In this document: piece by piece, positions 47,622-57,724 of the stretch
How the letters are laid out: every line of letters starts with the position of its first letter
How positions within the stretch are numbered: the first letter of the stretch is position 1
DNA from: Catajapyx aquilonaris
Lineage: Eukaryota
DNA: 57,724 bases
Direction of reading: 5' to 3'
NCBI GenBank assembly: GCA_000934665.2
Contig: KZ538630.1
Location: forward strand, 1-57,724
Notes under the pieces: generated by a model
The model's database searches: none
Told to the model about the DNA's origin: nothing
The model's input: the letters and a program-made list of their open reading frames with translations, nothing else
Translations under genes and position numbers: made by a program

Positions 47622-50488
47622 GAATTAGAACGAGTTAGAATAATAATATAATATAATAAATATAATATAATATAATATAATAATAATAACGAGTTAGAAT
47701 AACGAGTTAGAATAATAAGAAGAAGAAGAATAATAATAATAATAAGAAGAAGAAGAACACATTTGGTACGTATAGTGAAGTACAGGTTAATTATAGGGGA
47801 ATTACTGGAATAATTAGAATAGGTAGTGAATAACTGATAGTACAGGTGAATTATTTGAATAATTGGTGAATAATTAGTACTGATAATATAATTACTAAAA
47901 GTCCAGGTGAATTATTTGAATAATTGGTGAATAATTAGTACTGATAATATAATTACTAAAAGTCCAGGTGAATTATTTGAATAATTGGTGAATAATTAGT
48001 ACTGATAATATAATTACTGAAAGTACAGGTGAATTATTTGAATAATTGGTGAATAATTAGTACTGATAATATAATTACTAAAAGTCCAGGTGAATTATTT
48101 GAATAATTGGTGAATAATTAGTACTGATAATATAATTACTGAAAGTCCAGGTGAATTATTTGAATAATTGGTGAATAATTAGTACTGGTAATATAATTAC
48201 TGAAAGTACAGGTGAATTATTTGAATAATTGGTGAATAATTAGTACTGGTAATATAATTACTGAAAGTACAGGTGAATTATTTGAATAATTGGTGAATAA
48301 TTAGTACTGGTAATATAATTACTGAAAGTACAGGTGAATTATTTGAATAATTGGTGAATAATTAGTACTGATAATGTAATTACTGAAAGTACAGGTGAAT
48401 TATTTGAATAATTGGTGAATAATTAGTACTGATAATGTAATTACTGAAAGTACAGGTGAATTATTTGAATAATTGGTGAATGAGGGGAATAATTAGTGAA
48501 TAGCTGGAATTATGAGTGAAAATCTAGAATAATTATTGAGTAATTGTAATAACTAGAGAATATTAGTGAGTAGTTAAGAATACATAGTGATTAATAAGAG
48601 CAAATAGTGGGTAATTAGGATATTTTAATGAACAACTAGAATGTACAGTGAATTACTAGAATAATTAGAATAAATCGTGACTAGTTAAAGTACCGGTGCA
48701 GCGCATAATTTTTACATATTATATATTTTCCATACACTGTTATGACCCTAGAATGGTCTGGTGAATAATTAGAATAAATAGTGAATAATTAGTGAGTAAT
48801 TAGAAAAATAAGTGCTTAGGTTGAGTGGGGATTCCCCTCAAGTTGCATGGAGGGATTCCCCGCTAATTATTAATTTTCATATGCTCCTCAATGTGGTTGT
48901 TTCTGATGCGTTTCTTTGTTTCCTGCAGGCGATGGCCATCCTAAAGAGGCTTGGGATAAAGCAGAACTTCAAGGTAGGATCGGTGAGTCAGGCTCACTTT
49001 GTAATAGTCCGCATCCAGGTCACGTATGTTTTACAAGTACGACTCGTAGTGCATGCTGTAGTTACATTGCAAATGTCTTTACAATTTTTCGTCCAGGTTT
49101 TGGTACGTTGGAAAATTAATGAGACGAGTCGTTACAGACAAAATGTTGTTATCGCTGATTTTTTTTTGCAGCTGACGGAATACGAGGTGATGATTGCGAG
49201 CCAACTGGTTGAGCCTGAGAGCATAACGGTGACCTGGGATGACATAGCCGGCCTGGATGACGTGATCCAGGAGCTGAAGGAGACCGTGATCTATCCCATC
49301 CGCAAGAAGGAGATTTGCGCACAGTCGCAGCTTACCCAGCCTCCGAAGGGGGTCCTCCTGCACGGTCCACCTGGATGCGGGAAGACTCTCATTGCCAAGG
49401 CCACCGCAAAGGATGCTGGATGCAACTTTATCAACCTGGACGTCTCTAGTCTCACCGACAAGTGGTACGGGGCTCGTCTGATTGTCAGTTGTCTGCACTG
49501 TGTTGTTCTAGAGAAGCCAGTTTGAACAGAAGGATGATTAATTGATGATTGGTTATAATTATCTGATTTCATCCTGCCGACCTTTCCATTTGTCTAAAAG
49601 GTATGGCGAGTCCCAGAAGTTGGCAGCCGCTGTCTTCTCCCTGTCCGTGAAGCTCCAGCCTTGCATCACCTTTATAGACGAGATTGATTCCCTGCTGCGC
49701 TCGAGGGAGAGCCACGACCACGAAGCCACTGCCATGATGAAGGCCCAGTTCATGTCCTTGTGGGACGGACTACTCTCAGAGCCCAACTGCACCGTCATCA
49801 TCATGGGGGCCACCAACAGGCCGCAGGATCTAGACAAGGCTATTCTCCGCAGGATGGCAGCCACATTCCACATCGGCATGCCCACTTTGCTTCAGAGGCG
49901 GCAGATCCTGAGGCTGGTGCTGTCCGGCGAGAACACAGCCCCGGACGTCGACTTGGACAGGCTGGCCAAACTGACCGACACATACTCGGGCTCAGATCTA
50001 AGAGAGCTGTGCCGGTATGCCGCCGTGCACAGGATGAGGGACTACTTTCAGCAGGATCAGCGCAACCGGTTTGTGCCGCATTCGGGTTACATATTACAGG
50101 CGCATTTATCAAACCGAGGGGTTAGTCACTTGAAGTCCTTCGTGCACAGTCCGGTTGAAGTCCTATAGCAGTACGTAAAGTGTAGTTGAAGTCCGTGATG
50201 TCTCATCGTACACTCTGGTATCAAGTAACTAACCCCTCGTGTTTTACACTGGAATTTTTGTCGACTGGGCCTGCACTACTTGGTTTGTTTGGGTTTGAAT
50301 TGGAAATGCTACCGACGTAAACCTCATAACATTTTTTTTTTTTCAGAGATGCTGGCGTAGTGAGCGAGGAGAATCTTCGACCCATAACGATGGATGACCT
50401 GCTGAGGTCGCTTAGCAAGATGAAGGAATCGAAAGCATTTTGCGGAGGGTTCGGTCCTTTGCTGGCCAACAAAACGGAGCTGGACTGA
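47389..50488 (+). CDS. ATAD1: ATAD1/Msp1/Thorase outer-mitochondrial-membrane AAA+ dislocase (Drosophila nmd-like)
   Basis: Exons 47389-47541, 48929-48973, 49172-49464, 49601-50068, 50347-50488. N-terminal TM followed by MDPTRKQK; LTEYEVMIASQLVEP; Walker A GPPGCGKT; pore loop LTDKWYGESQK; Walker B FIDEID; HEATAMMKAQFMSLWDGL; SRH GATNRPQDLDKAILRRM; SGSDLRELCR. Confidence 0.96.
47568..47760. repeat. (AAT)n microsatellite with degenerate AAT/AAG tracts
   Basis: About 17 AAT units from 47568, followed by mixed AAT/AAG/AACGAGTTAG motifs, in ATAD1 intron 1. Confidence 0.9.
47840..48480. repeat. 61-bp minisatellite, about 10.5 copies
   Basis: AGGTGAATTATTTGAATAATTGGTGAATAATTAGTACTGATAATATAATTACT(A/G)AAAGT(C/A)C recurs at 47844, 47905, 47966, 48027 ... 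48454 with no unique spacers. Confidence 0.95.
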
Positions 50489-51991
50489 TGATAAAAAGCT
50501 TTTTATCGTTTGGTTCCTGTCTGCCTGAGCTTTAAAAAAAAATCATCAAGACACACACACAAGATTGTGGAGGGCAGATCAAAATTAGTAGCTGTGACGA
50601 GTGATAAGTAAAAAAATAATCTATTAAACTCTTTAGAAGGCATCTGCAAAAATAAAGCCGTAGATGGTTTACGAGAGAGAGAGAAACTTTTTGTGAGGAA
50701 GCATGTTCAAGTTTGGTGTCTCGCAGAGAGCTGTTGTAATATTTTAAAAATGGTTTTTTCAGGTACTTCCTTTTTGGGAGCTGACTCTTTGTTCCGCATT
50801 TTGTTGCGATTTCACGTGCTTAGCCTACCCATCTTTTTTTTTAATTGTTGAGGAAAAAGAATAAAAATCTTGGGAAGACGGATCAGTCGATTATTTTTCT
50901 CTCCTAAACCTTATTGTAGCTTAACGATCTCTCGGGTAATAAGTAAAACGAGCGGGCAATGGTTCCACACATTGTATTAACAATTGAAATCATACACTTA
51001 AAAATTCAACATCAAGCTTGATATATCACTTGCACACTACTTACTGGGTTCCATAGCTTTCGAGCCCAGTACCACAGGTGCAGTGTTCACCAAAAGTAAA
51101 CGGGGTCCACCACTTTGCATGATATTACAACAATCGCATAGTGATGCAAAGAAAAATTGGTGACAATCGGCCAATTTCAAGTAGTGAAGGCTTGATCAGT
51201 TTTTCAGCCGTTACGTTGATGACTGTAACGTTAATTGACCTGACAATCTGTACAACTGTCAATTTTCAACAAAAAAACATTGATCGTACAGTGGTATATT
51301 CAGTACGCTTGTACGATCATTTGAAATTTCCAGCACAATTATTATCGAAGCAAAAAAAAATTAAGTTTGAATCCCTCTTTTTGCCCTGCCGTCCGCCTCT
51401 TCTTCGTACATTACACTTAGAATGTGTATATATAAACGTCACTAGACTATGTGTCATTATTACACTGCTGCGGTACACACATTTCCCACTTAAACCAACA
51501 AAAAAAAAGTACACTAAGTATAAATCAGACACTTCAGTTCAACGAATGATTTCCGGTGGTTTTTTTACAGCATTTCATAATTATTCATTCTGTCGGTTGA
51601 TGTATGGCGAATTACTCGCAACAATTCATGTGTCGCTAAACTGCAATGTAAACATTGCAATTACGATGTGATTTCACAGGGAAGTGTATTGAGCTTCCGC
51701 ATTTTTAAAAGATTATGTATATATGTATTTTTTTGTGTGTATGATGTACAGTTTGCATATAACGCGACCTGTGATAACCTCCGTTTGGTACAAACAAGCG
51801 TCGGGGTTAAACTCCATGCAATGTACTGAGCGATTGCAAAAGGGAAAATAACGCCGATTTTTCCACTTGCTGCACTAAGGGTGCGTACCATGACGTTCAA
51901 GCTTGGTTAAGCCGGTTGAGTGACACGCGATCAAAACATGTGGTTAAATGCGACACAATTAGTGAACATGCCATTAGCAACATGGAGATGT

Positions 51992-53985
51992 TCACTCGGA
52001 TGTGGTGATTTGCACCGTTGCGGCTTGCTGAGCTTGCCCCAAGTCAATTAGTAGATTTCCGGCAGCTTCAATTACGTGTATTTCGTCCACTTTGATCTCG
52101 GTTTGTTCGACTATCTCCTCAGTACGCTCCACCAGTTCGATAGGCACGTCTTCGCACTCCTCTTCGTCCATCCCTCTCCCTTTGCCCACTTGCCGTCCTT
52201 GTATGTGCAGCTTCTCATGCTTGCTGCAATTGCTGCTGAACGTGAAGGCTCGTACGCAAAACCGGCACTGGTATGGCTTCTCTCCCGTGTGCAGTCGCTT
52301 GTGTACGCGTAAGTGCGATGGACTGAATGTCTTCATGCAAATGTCACAAGGCACTCGGTTCTCCAGCTTCGGCTTGTCCGACGGGTTTTCGTCCCATTTC
52401 TTGTGCAGTTGCTCATGCTTCTTGCAGTTGGAGTTGTAAGTGAAGGTCTTACCGCACACCTTGCATTCGTACGCCTTCGCTTCAGAGTGGACCCGAGAGT
52501 GTCCCAGCAGATTGGACTTGCTGAAAAACCGTTTCCCGCACACGTCGCACTTGAAGCATCGTGTCTTCTTCTTATCCGGCCCGCCCTCGTCGCTCGTTTT
52601 CTCCGTATCCCGCTTCTTCTTAGAGCCGTAACTGCGAGGTATTGATGGTACCTTCCCGTGATGCATCTTCTCGTGCGTGGCCAAGTTGCTGCTGAAATTA
52701 AATGTCTTTTCGCACATGCGACATGCGTACGGCCGGATCGACGAATGCATCTTCAGGTGTACGCGCAAGTACGTCGGGGTCTTGAACATCTTGCTGCATA
52801 TGGGGCAGGAGTACTTGCCGTCTCGAGGCTTGTCGATCTTCCCTGCTGCATGCAACTGCTCATGCTTCTTGCAGTTGGACTTGACCGCAAAGCCCTTTCC
52901 GCATAAGGAGCATAGGAAGGGACGGTCGCCAGTGTGTGTACGCTTGTGCGTCACGACGGCGGACCAGCAGCGAAACTTCTTGTGGCATAGCTGGAATAAA
53001 CATGTAATTAGTGTCGTCACATAACGATACATTGGCGATACCCACATCGCATGGCATCAGCTTCTGTCCCGGTTTGGGCGTTTGTCCTCCGGAGCTGTGG
53101 ACCAACTCGTGCTGTCGCCAATTGCTCTTGAATGTGAATTTACGCTCACAATAGTTGCAGCTAAACGGCTTTTCACCAGTGTGAGTGCGGACATGCCCTT
53201 CCAGCGAGAAGCGGCTTGGAAACATCTTGCCACATGTGGGGCAGATATGTCGGCGGGATAACGATCGTGCCTTCTGGCTGCTGATAACGTCCACGCATTC
53301 CTGGAACGACAATCGATTAGTGTTTGTGCCGTATGTACGGCATGTTACGTACCTCATGCTCCGGCTCGTCTGTTGCGAGCACTTCCGCCACCTGCAGCTC
53401 CTTCGACTCGACTTCAACTTCCTGCCCGTCAGTGACATACACCTCGGCTTCTTCGCCGTCCATCCAAATGGATACGTTGCGCATGTCCAGGTCGTGCTGG
53501 CTTGCAATTTCGGATATGACCGCCGGTGCATCTAGTGGATCCGCAATGACCAGTATCTCCGATGGCGCACTCACTTCCGGTTCAGAGTACGCGGTGACAG
53601 TCGGCGGCTGAAAAGCCTCGCGCTCTTTCTCCATCAGCGAGTTCAGACTAGCCAAGTCCACTCCAAGCATCAGCAGATCGGACAACGCTGTGACGTCCGG
53701 CACCTCGTTCCACGACGCCCGTGTGTTCCCGGTGTATATAAACTCCAGTAGCTTCCACATGACCTGCGATCGCACCTCAGGCATCAATATGGTCACATGT
53801 CCATCCGGCACGTCCATAAACAGCTGCTTCAGGAACCCGCTAGCCGACGCCAGCACCGGACGATGCGCTCGGAGCAGGCCATCCTCGCACACCAGCGTTA
53901 CATCCGAGCATATCTGCTGCTCCAACACTTCGCGGAAAGTGTCCAGCGGGTTCGCATTCACAAACTGCACCATCGCATCAGCCAT
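51992..53985 (-). CDS. BTB/POZ domain plus 10 C2H2 zinc-finger transcription factor
   Basis: Exons 53985-53353, 53300-53046, 52990-51992 (phase 0). BTB motifs SDVTLVCEDGLLRAHRPVLASASGFLKQLF and LLEFIYTG. Ten CxxC...HxxxH fingers with TGEKP/TGDRP linkers. Confidence 0.93.
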
Positions 53986-54027
53986 CGTACCTGCAATGCA
54001 ACGTACTTGTTCATGGCACGTACAAAC

Positions 54028-54178
54028 TAGACCGTACTGACAGTGAGTACATGCGGTTAGACAACCGTACTTACAATCAGTACATGCGGTTAGAACATAC
54101 TGACAGTGACTACATGCGGTTAGATGACTTCACTTACAATGAGTACATGCGGTTAGACCGTACTTACAATAAGTACAT
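54028..54178. repeat. Tandem repeat with alternating 33/30-bp units (TACATGCGGTTAG core)
   Basis: Core ends at 54060, 54093, 54123 and 54156. Lies in the intron just upstream of the BTB exon. Confidence 0.85.
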
Positions 54179-54209
54179 CGCACTGATCTTTGGACATACC
54201 TGTACTTTA

Positions 54210-54330
54210 TGGGGGTTGGCTACGGTGGTGTTCGCCCCTGGGGTTGGCTACCCTTGTTCGCCCCTGGGGTTGGCTACGGTGGTGTCCGCCCCTGGGTTTT
54301 GTGTTGGCTACCCTGCGGCCCCGGGGTGTT
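54210..54330. repeat. GC-rich short tandem repeat (GGGGTTGGCTAC...CGCCCCT)
   Basis: About 4 imperfect copies of 24-30 bp. Confidence 0.8.
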
Positions 54331-55169
54331 CGGCCCACGGTCCCCAACCTACAGTTCGTTCCGAAGATTAATTTCCAGATCGTGCCGCGTAATCGATGCT
54401 ATCGTTTAGTGGATACTATTCAGTGGGATGATGGAGAAAATGCGGCGCGGTTTTGCAAGGGGGATAAAACTAGGGCGGAGAAGAGGGTTCCAGCCAGGCA
54501 GGGGATGGGGGTGGTGGATGACAAGGGTGTGCGTTTTTTTGGTGGAGGTTGGGGACGCTGCCGATGCCCGTCAAGGTCGGATGGGCGACGTTGGGAGGTG
54601 CTGCCGTCTGGCGGGGATAGCTTGAGGAGGATTCACTGGAGGAGTGGCCGGTAGATGGCAGGGCTATTCACTGTCTCCATGTACATACACAGGGTTTGGT
54701 CATCTCGTGAGCGGACGCCATGTTTGGTCCATTTGCTTGCTTGTTTATCCGCTGTGGGGGCATACAGTAATTTACGCATCTGTACGGTATACGGTAAAAT
54801 CGCTTTTTTTGTACTCTAAATAAAATAAAATAAAAATAAAATTAATATAATAAGATTATATCCGACGTGCTTACAGTACAGGAGGATTCCGCTGTTCTCT
54901 GTCAGTTACATTCACCTAAGCTTGTGCGACCTTGAACCAAATTTTTTTCCGCCTGCGTCGGGCTCTTCCCCGCTACGCTCGCTTTACCTCTTGCGGCCCC
55001 TTTTGCAGCTGGTTGCACATGCAGTTTGTGCGGTTCTGACAATTATGTGTCTAATATTGTCCCATAATGTTTCATTCACAAAATGCTATGTTTTAAAATG
55101 TACGGTATTTTTTAGGCGAAATCCGGTAATTTTCACTCTCGTGGTACGGTTGTTTATACGGTTCAGGTT

Positions 55170-56218
55170 GGCTATCGCTGATCCGCACTAAACTGCGGAA
55201 CTCTGCACGGTCAAATAATATTGTGAATATCCTAATTTACGGGCGTTCCTGGCCAAATGTGGACAAACATACACACAAACGTCGCCTTTTACTTTTGTTT
55301 ATTCACTTACTCGCGGCGGAGCAGGTTCTTCGGACAGTCGAATAATAATGCAGTTGACAACTCCGGATGTAACAGACTTTCGGTTATAACTAGACTCCTG
55401 ATTTTTAGGCGCGAAAACACCTCCTGAAATAGCCACGGAAAAACTCGAAAACCCCTCAAATGGGCACGAAAAAAAACCTTAAATAGGCGCTCAAATATGC
55501 ACGGAGAAACCCTCAAATAGGTCCATTTTTTAATACTTTTTTTGGCCGTATGGAGGCTAATATGTTATAGAAAATCAAAAGAGACACATATTTTATAGGC
55601 CTAAAGTGTAAAATATTTATACTTTGCGACCTTATATTTATTATAGGCCTAAAGTGTATAAATACGTATAAATATAAGGTCGCAAATCAGAGCCAAAACC
55701 CAATAACAACTATTGAAACTGACAGAAAATTACAAAACTTGGACAAACAATTGCTCTGGACTTTACTGCATACAAATAGCCAATTTCCACTTTCGTAGTG
55801 TGTCACCAAAATTTTTTTCTACATTTTCATTAGTGAAACTATAGTAACTTCTAAACGATTTTGGTCCTTTCAGGAGCACAAAAAAAAAACTATGCGAAAA
55901 CCTGGACAAACGAACAAGCAAACTTTGCCTTTTAGTTTGTTTATTCAATTACTCGCAGCGGAGCACGTTCTTCGCAATGCTGTACCGCGGTACCGAATTT
56001 ATATTGGCGTGGTATTAAACCTCTGTTGTCGTGGTATAACCAAACCTGGCTACAAACAAACAAGCTATATGCCTTTTTCATACAGTCTAGCAGTGGAACC
56101 CGTTCTTTGCACGGCCTGTTTCCATGGCAATGAACGCAACGACAGTCAATCACTGTTGATAACCATGGAAATCAAACCAGGACAAACAAACAGGCAAACT
56201 TTGTCTTTTATTTAATTT

Positions 56219-56267
<49 letters not shown>

Positions 56268-57205
56268 CGATGATGATGATGATGATGATGATGAAATCAT
56301 GGGCTGGCTCGACAGTACAGTACAGCGACGTACTGTACATGAGTGTATAGTAGACGGGTATTACGGCAACAATCGTTTTCCAATCGGAGGCGATTAAGAC
56401 CTGCCTATATACAATGGGTGTATACCGGACAGTATACGATGAGGGGGTATCAACTGTGAGCATTAGCACAGAGTGTATGTCGCCCGAAACATTTGACTTG
56501 ATGGCTCGAAAGTAATGCGAATGAGCGTTAACAGGGATTNGGGGGACATGGGGCTGCTTTTTGGCCCAGGCAGGTGGGCGGGGGGGATATTTTCAAAGGA
56601 ATCGTGAAAAAAAAAGTGTCGGAGGGTGCTTTTATTCGGGTCATAGTGTCAGTATAGTATAGGGTGGACTGGCCCCTCTTTCTGATTTTGACACGGTGAA
56701 ATCATCAGTGTGGAATTTTGGACACATTTCAACCATTTTCCGGCCTGAAGTCATGGCAGCGAGCAAAATTGGGCGTATAAGCAAGACAATTTCTGCTACG
56801 ATTCTCCAAGAGTCAGTCGGTGAACTGTCAAACATTGTCAACGGAAGTGGAGGCGATGGTGTTGTGTCCATTGACACTGAGCTATAGAATTGGTGGAAAA
56901 TCGCGATTTAGCCCTTGTCAGTGTCTGCCTTTCAGCTCAAATCTGTATGGCATGTGGACCAGTTTACCCAAGCCCCATTTGTCTACAAAATTTGGCCGTA
57001 ACCAATTGTTATTGGCGTTGATGGCTAGTACACGAATAAATAAAAAGACTAACAACGAAAGTTGTCGTCATGACTAAATATTACTAACAGCGGAGCCTGT
57101 TTTTCCCACGGCCTGTTTCCATAGTAATGTACTCAACAGCAATCAGTAGCTATTGTTTTTGATGGCATGGACAAACATACATACAAACAATCTTTTCCTT
57201 TTATA
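55170..57205 (+). mobile_element. Cluster of degenerate non-autonomous Helitron-like repeats
   Basis: Recurrent start motif (T)ACT(C/A)GC(A/G)GCGGAGC...TTCTT(C/T)GCACGG near 55308, 55950, 56087 and 57082. Recurrent end motif GGACAAAC(A/G)(A/T)AC...(T/C)(G/T)CCTTTT near 55261, 55904, 56180 and 57169. The layout resembles arthropod Lep1-type non-autonomous Helitrons; the class assignment is inferred. Confidence 0.55.
56219..56293. repeat. (GAT)n microsatellite
   Basis: About 25 units with one GAC interruption. Confidence 0.95.
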
Positions 57206-57724
57206 CGTAAGACGTACGGGGGACGGCAATTGACAATTGTTAATTGCCGTCCCCCATCAAAGGACCCTAGAATGCACTTCTGGAATCTCCCATCTTTCAA
57301 GTTTCCCATGGAAATGGTCTCAACACTACGAGTAGAATCACAGTGTCAACGAAAGGAGACTGTATACTCCTTGGTGGCCAATCGGAAGCGTTGAGGTAAC
57401 AATATGTGGCAGACCAATCAGAAGGCATAACCCTGCAAATATGTGGACGTAGTTCTGCTACCCCCCACTGAGGGCGTAAGCGTACGGTGGCGCCATTTCG
57501 CTCGAGCGCCATCTATGGATGAACTCTAACTAATACATACTCTCTGTACCGTAATAGAAATTGTCATGGTATTTATAGTCCGGGTGCTAAGGGGTTGAAC
57601 TTTGCATTTTGTGACAAAAGTATGAAGCTCGGTACACTTGTCCTTTGGACACTTCTGATCATATCTGGACGTGGAGCCACGATGACCCACCCCGGTGGTG
57701 GTCCATTTCGCAGGGTTTCCATAA

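Noticed and set aside
47840..48480. Regularly spaced repeats resembling a CRISPR array
   Set aside because: The units are contiguous 61-mers with no unique spacers, they lie in a eukaryotic intron, and there are no cas genes. It is a minisatellite.
51141..51671. 176-aa plus-strand ORF
   Set aside because: GTG start, AT-rich composition, no domain or convincing splice structure. It lies in the convergent 3' UTR zone between ATAD1 and BTB-ZF.
56212..56469. ORF with a poly-Ile tail
   Set aside because: Artefact of the (GAT)n microsatellite.
57575..57724. Possible DNA-transposon left end at the window edge
   Set aside because: It resembles transposon subterminal sequence, but no partner TIR or TSD is visible within the window.

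Overview
Eukaryotic (arthropod) genomic DNA with spliceosomal introns; no prokaryotic features or CRISPR arrays. Gene models were built by hand from splice sites and frame continuity, and family names come from recalled sequence similarity, not a database search. Left to right: (1) the first coding exon of a minus-strand gene that continues towards or past the left edge (MGCAASKKK..., predicted myristoylated/palmitoylated N-terminus); (2) a Spaetzle-family Neurotrophin-1 (NT1/spz2) gene whose 4.6-kb intron holds two identical, oppositely oriented tRNA-Cys(GCA) genes and a piggyBac-type MITE; (3) four three-exon Ly6/uPAR (three-finger, GPI-anchored) genes: CG6583-like, crooked, an unassigned atilla/quiver-like paralog and atilla-like; (4) a Gln-rich/acidic protein with a PLDLS motif and an atypical C-terminal bromodomain; (5) a small single-pass membrane protein; (6) a foldback-like element carrying an internal satellite; (7) ATAD1/Msp1 AAA+ ATPase with a 61-bp intronic minisatellite; (8) a BTB + 10 C2H2 zinc-finger gene; (9) degenerate Helitron-like repeats at the right end. 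The most unusual signals are a perfect 38-bp long-range inverted repeat (2255-2584), three AGGTCA half-sites in DR5/DR5 spacing, a probable GC-AG intron and an in-frame 5' exon chain in NT1, and a bromodomain lacking its acetyl-lysine-anchoring Asn. I found no unambiguous novel multi-gene system.
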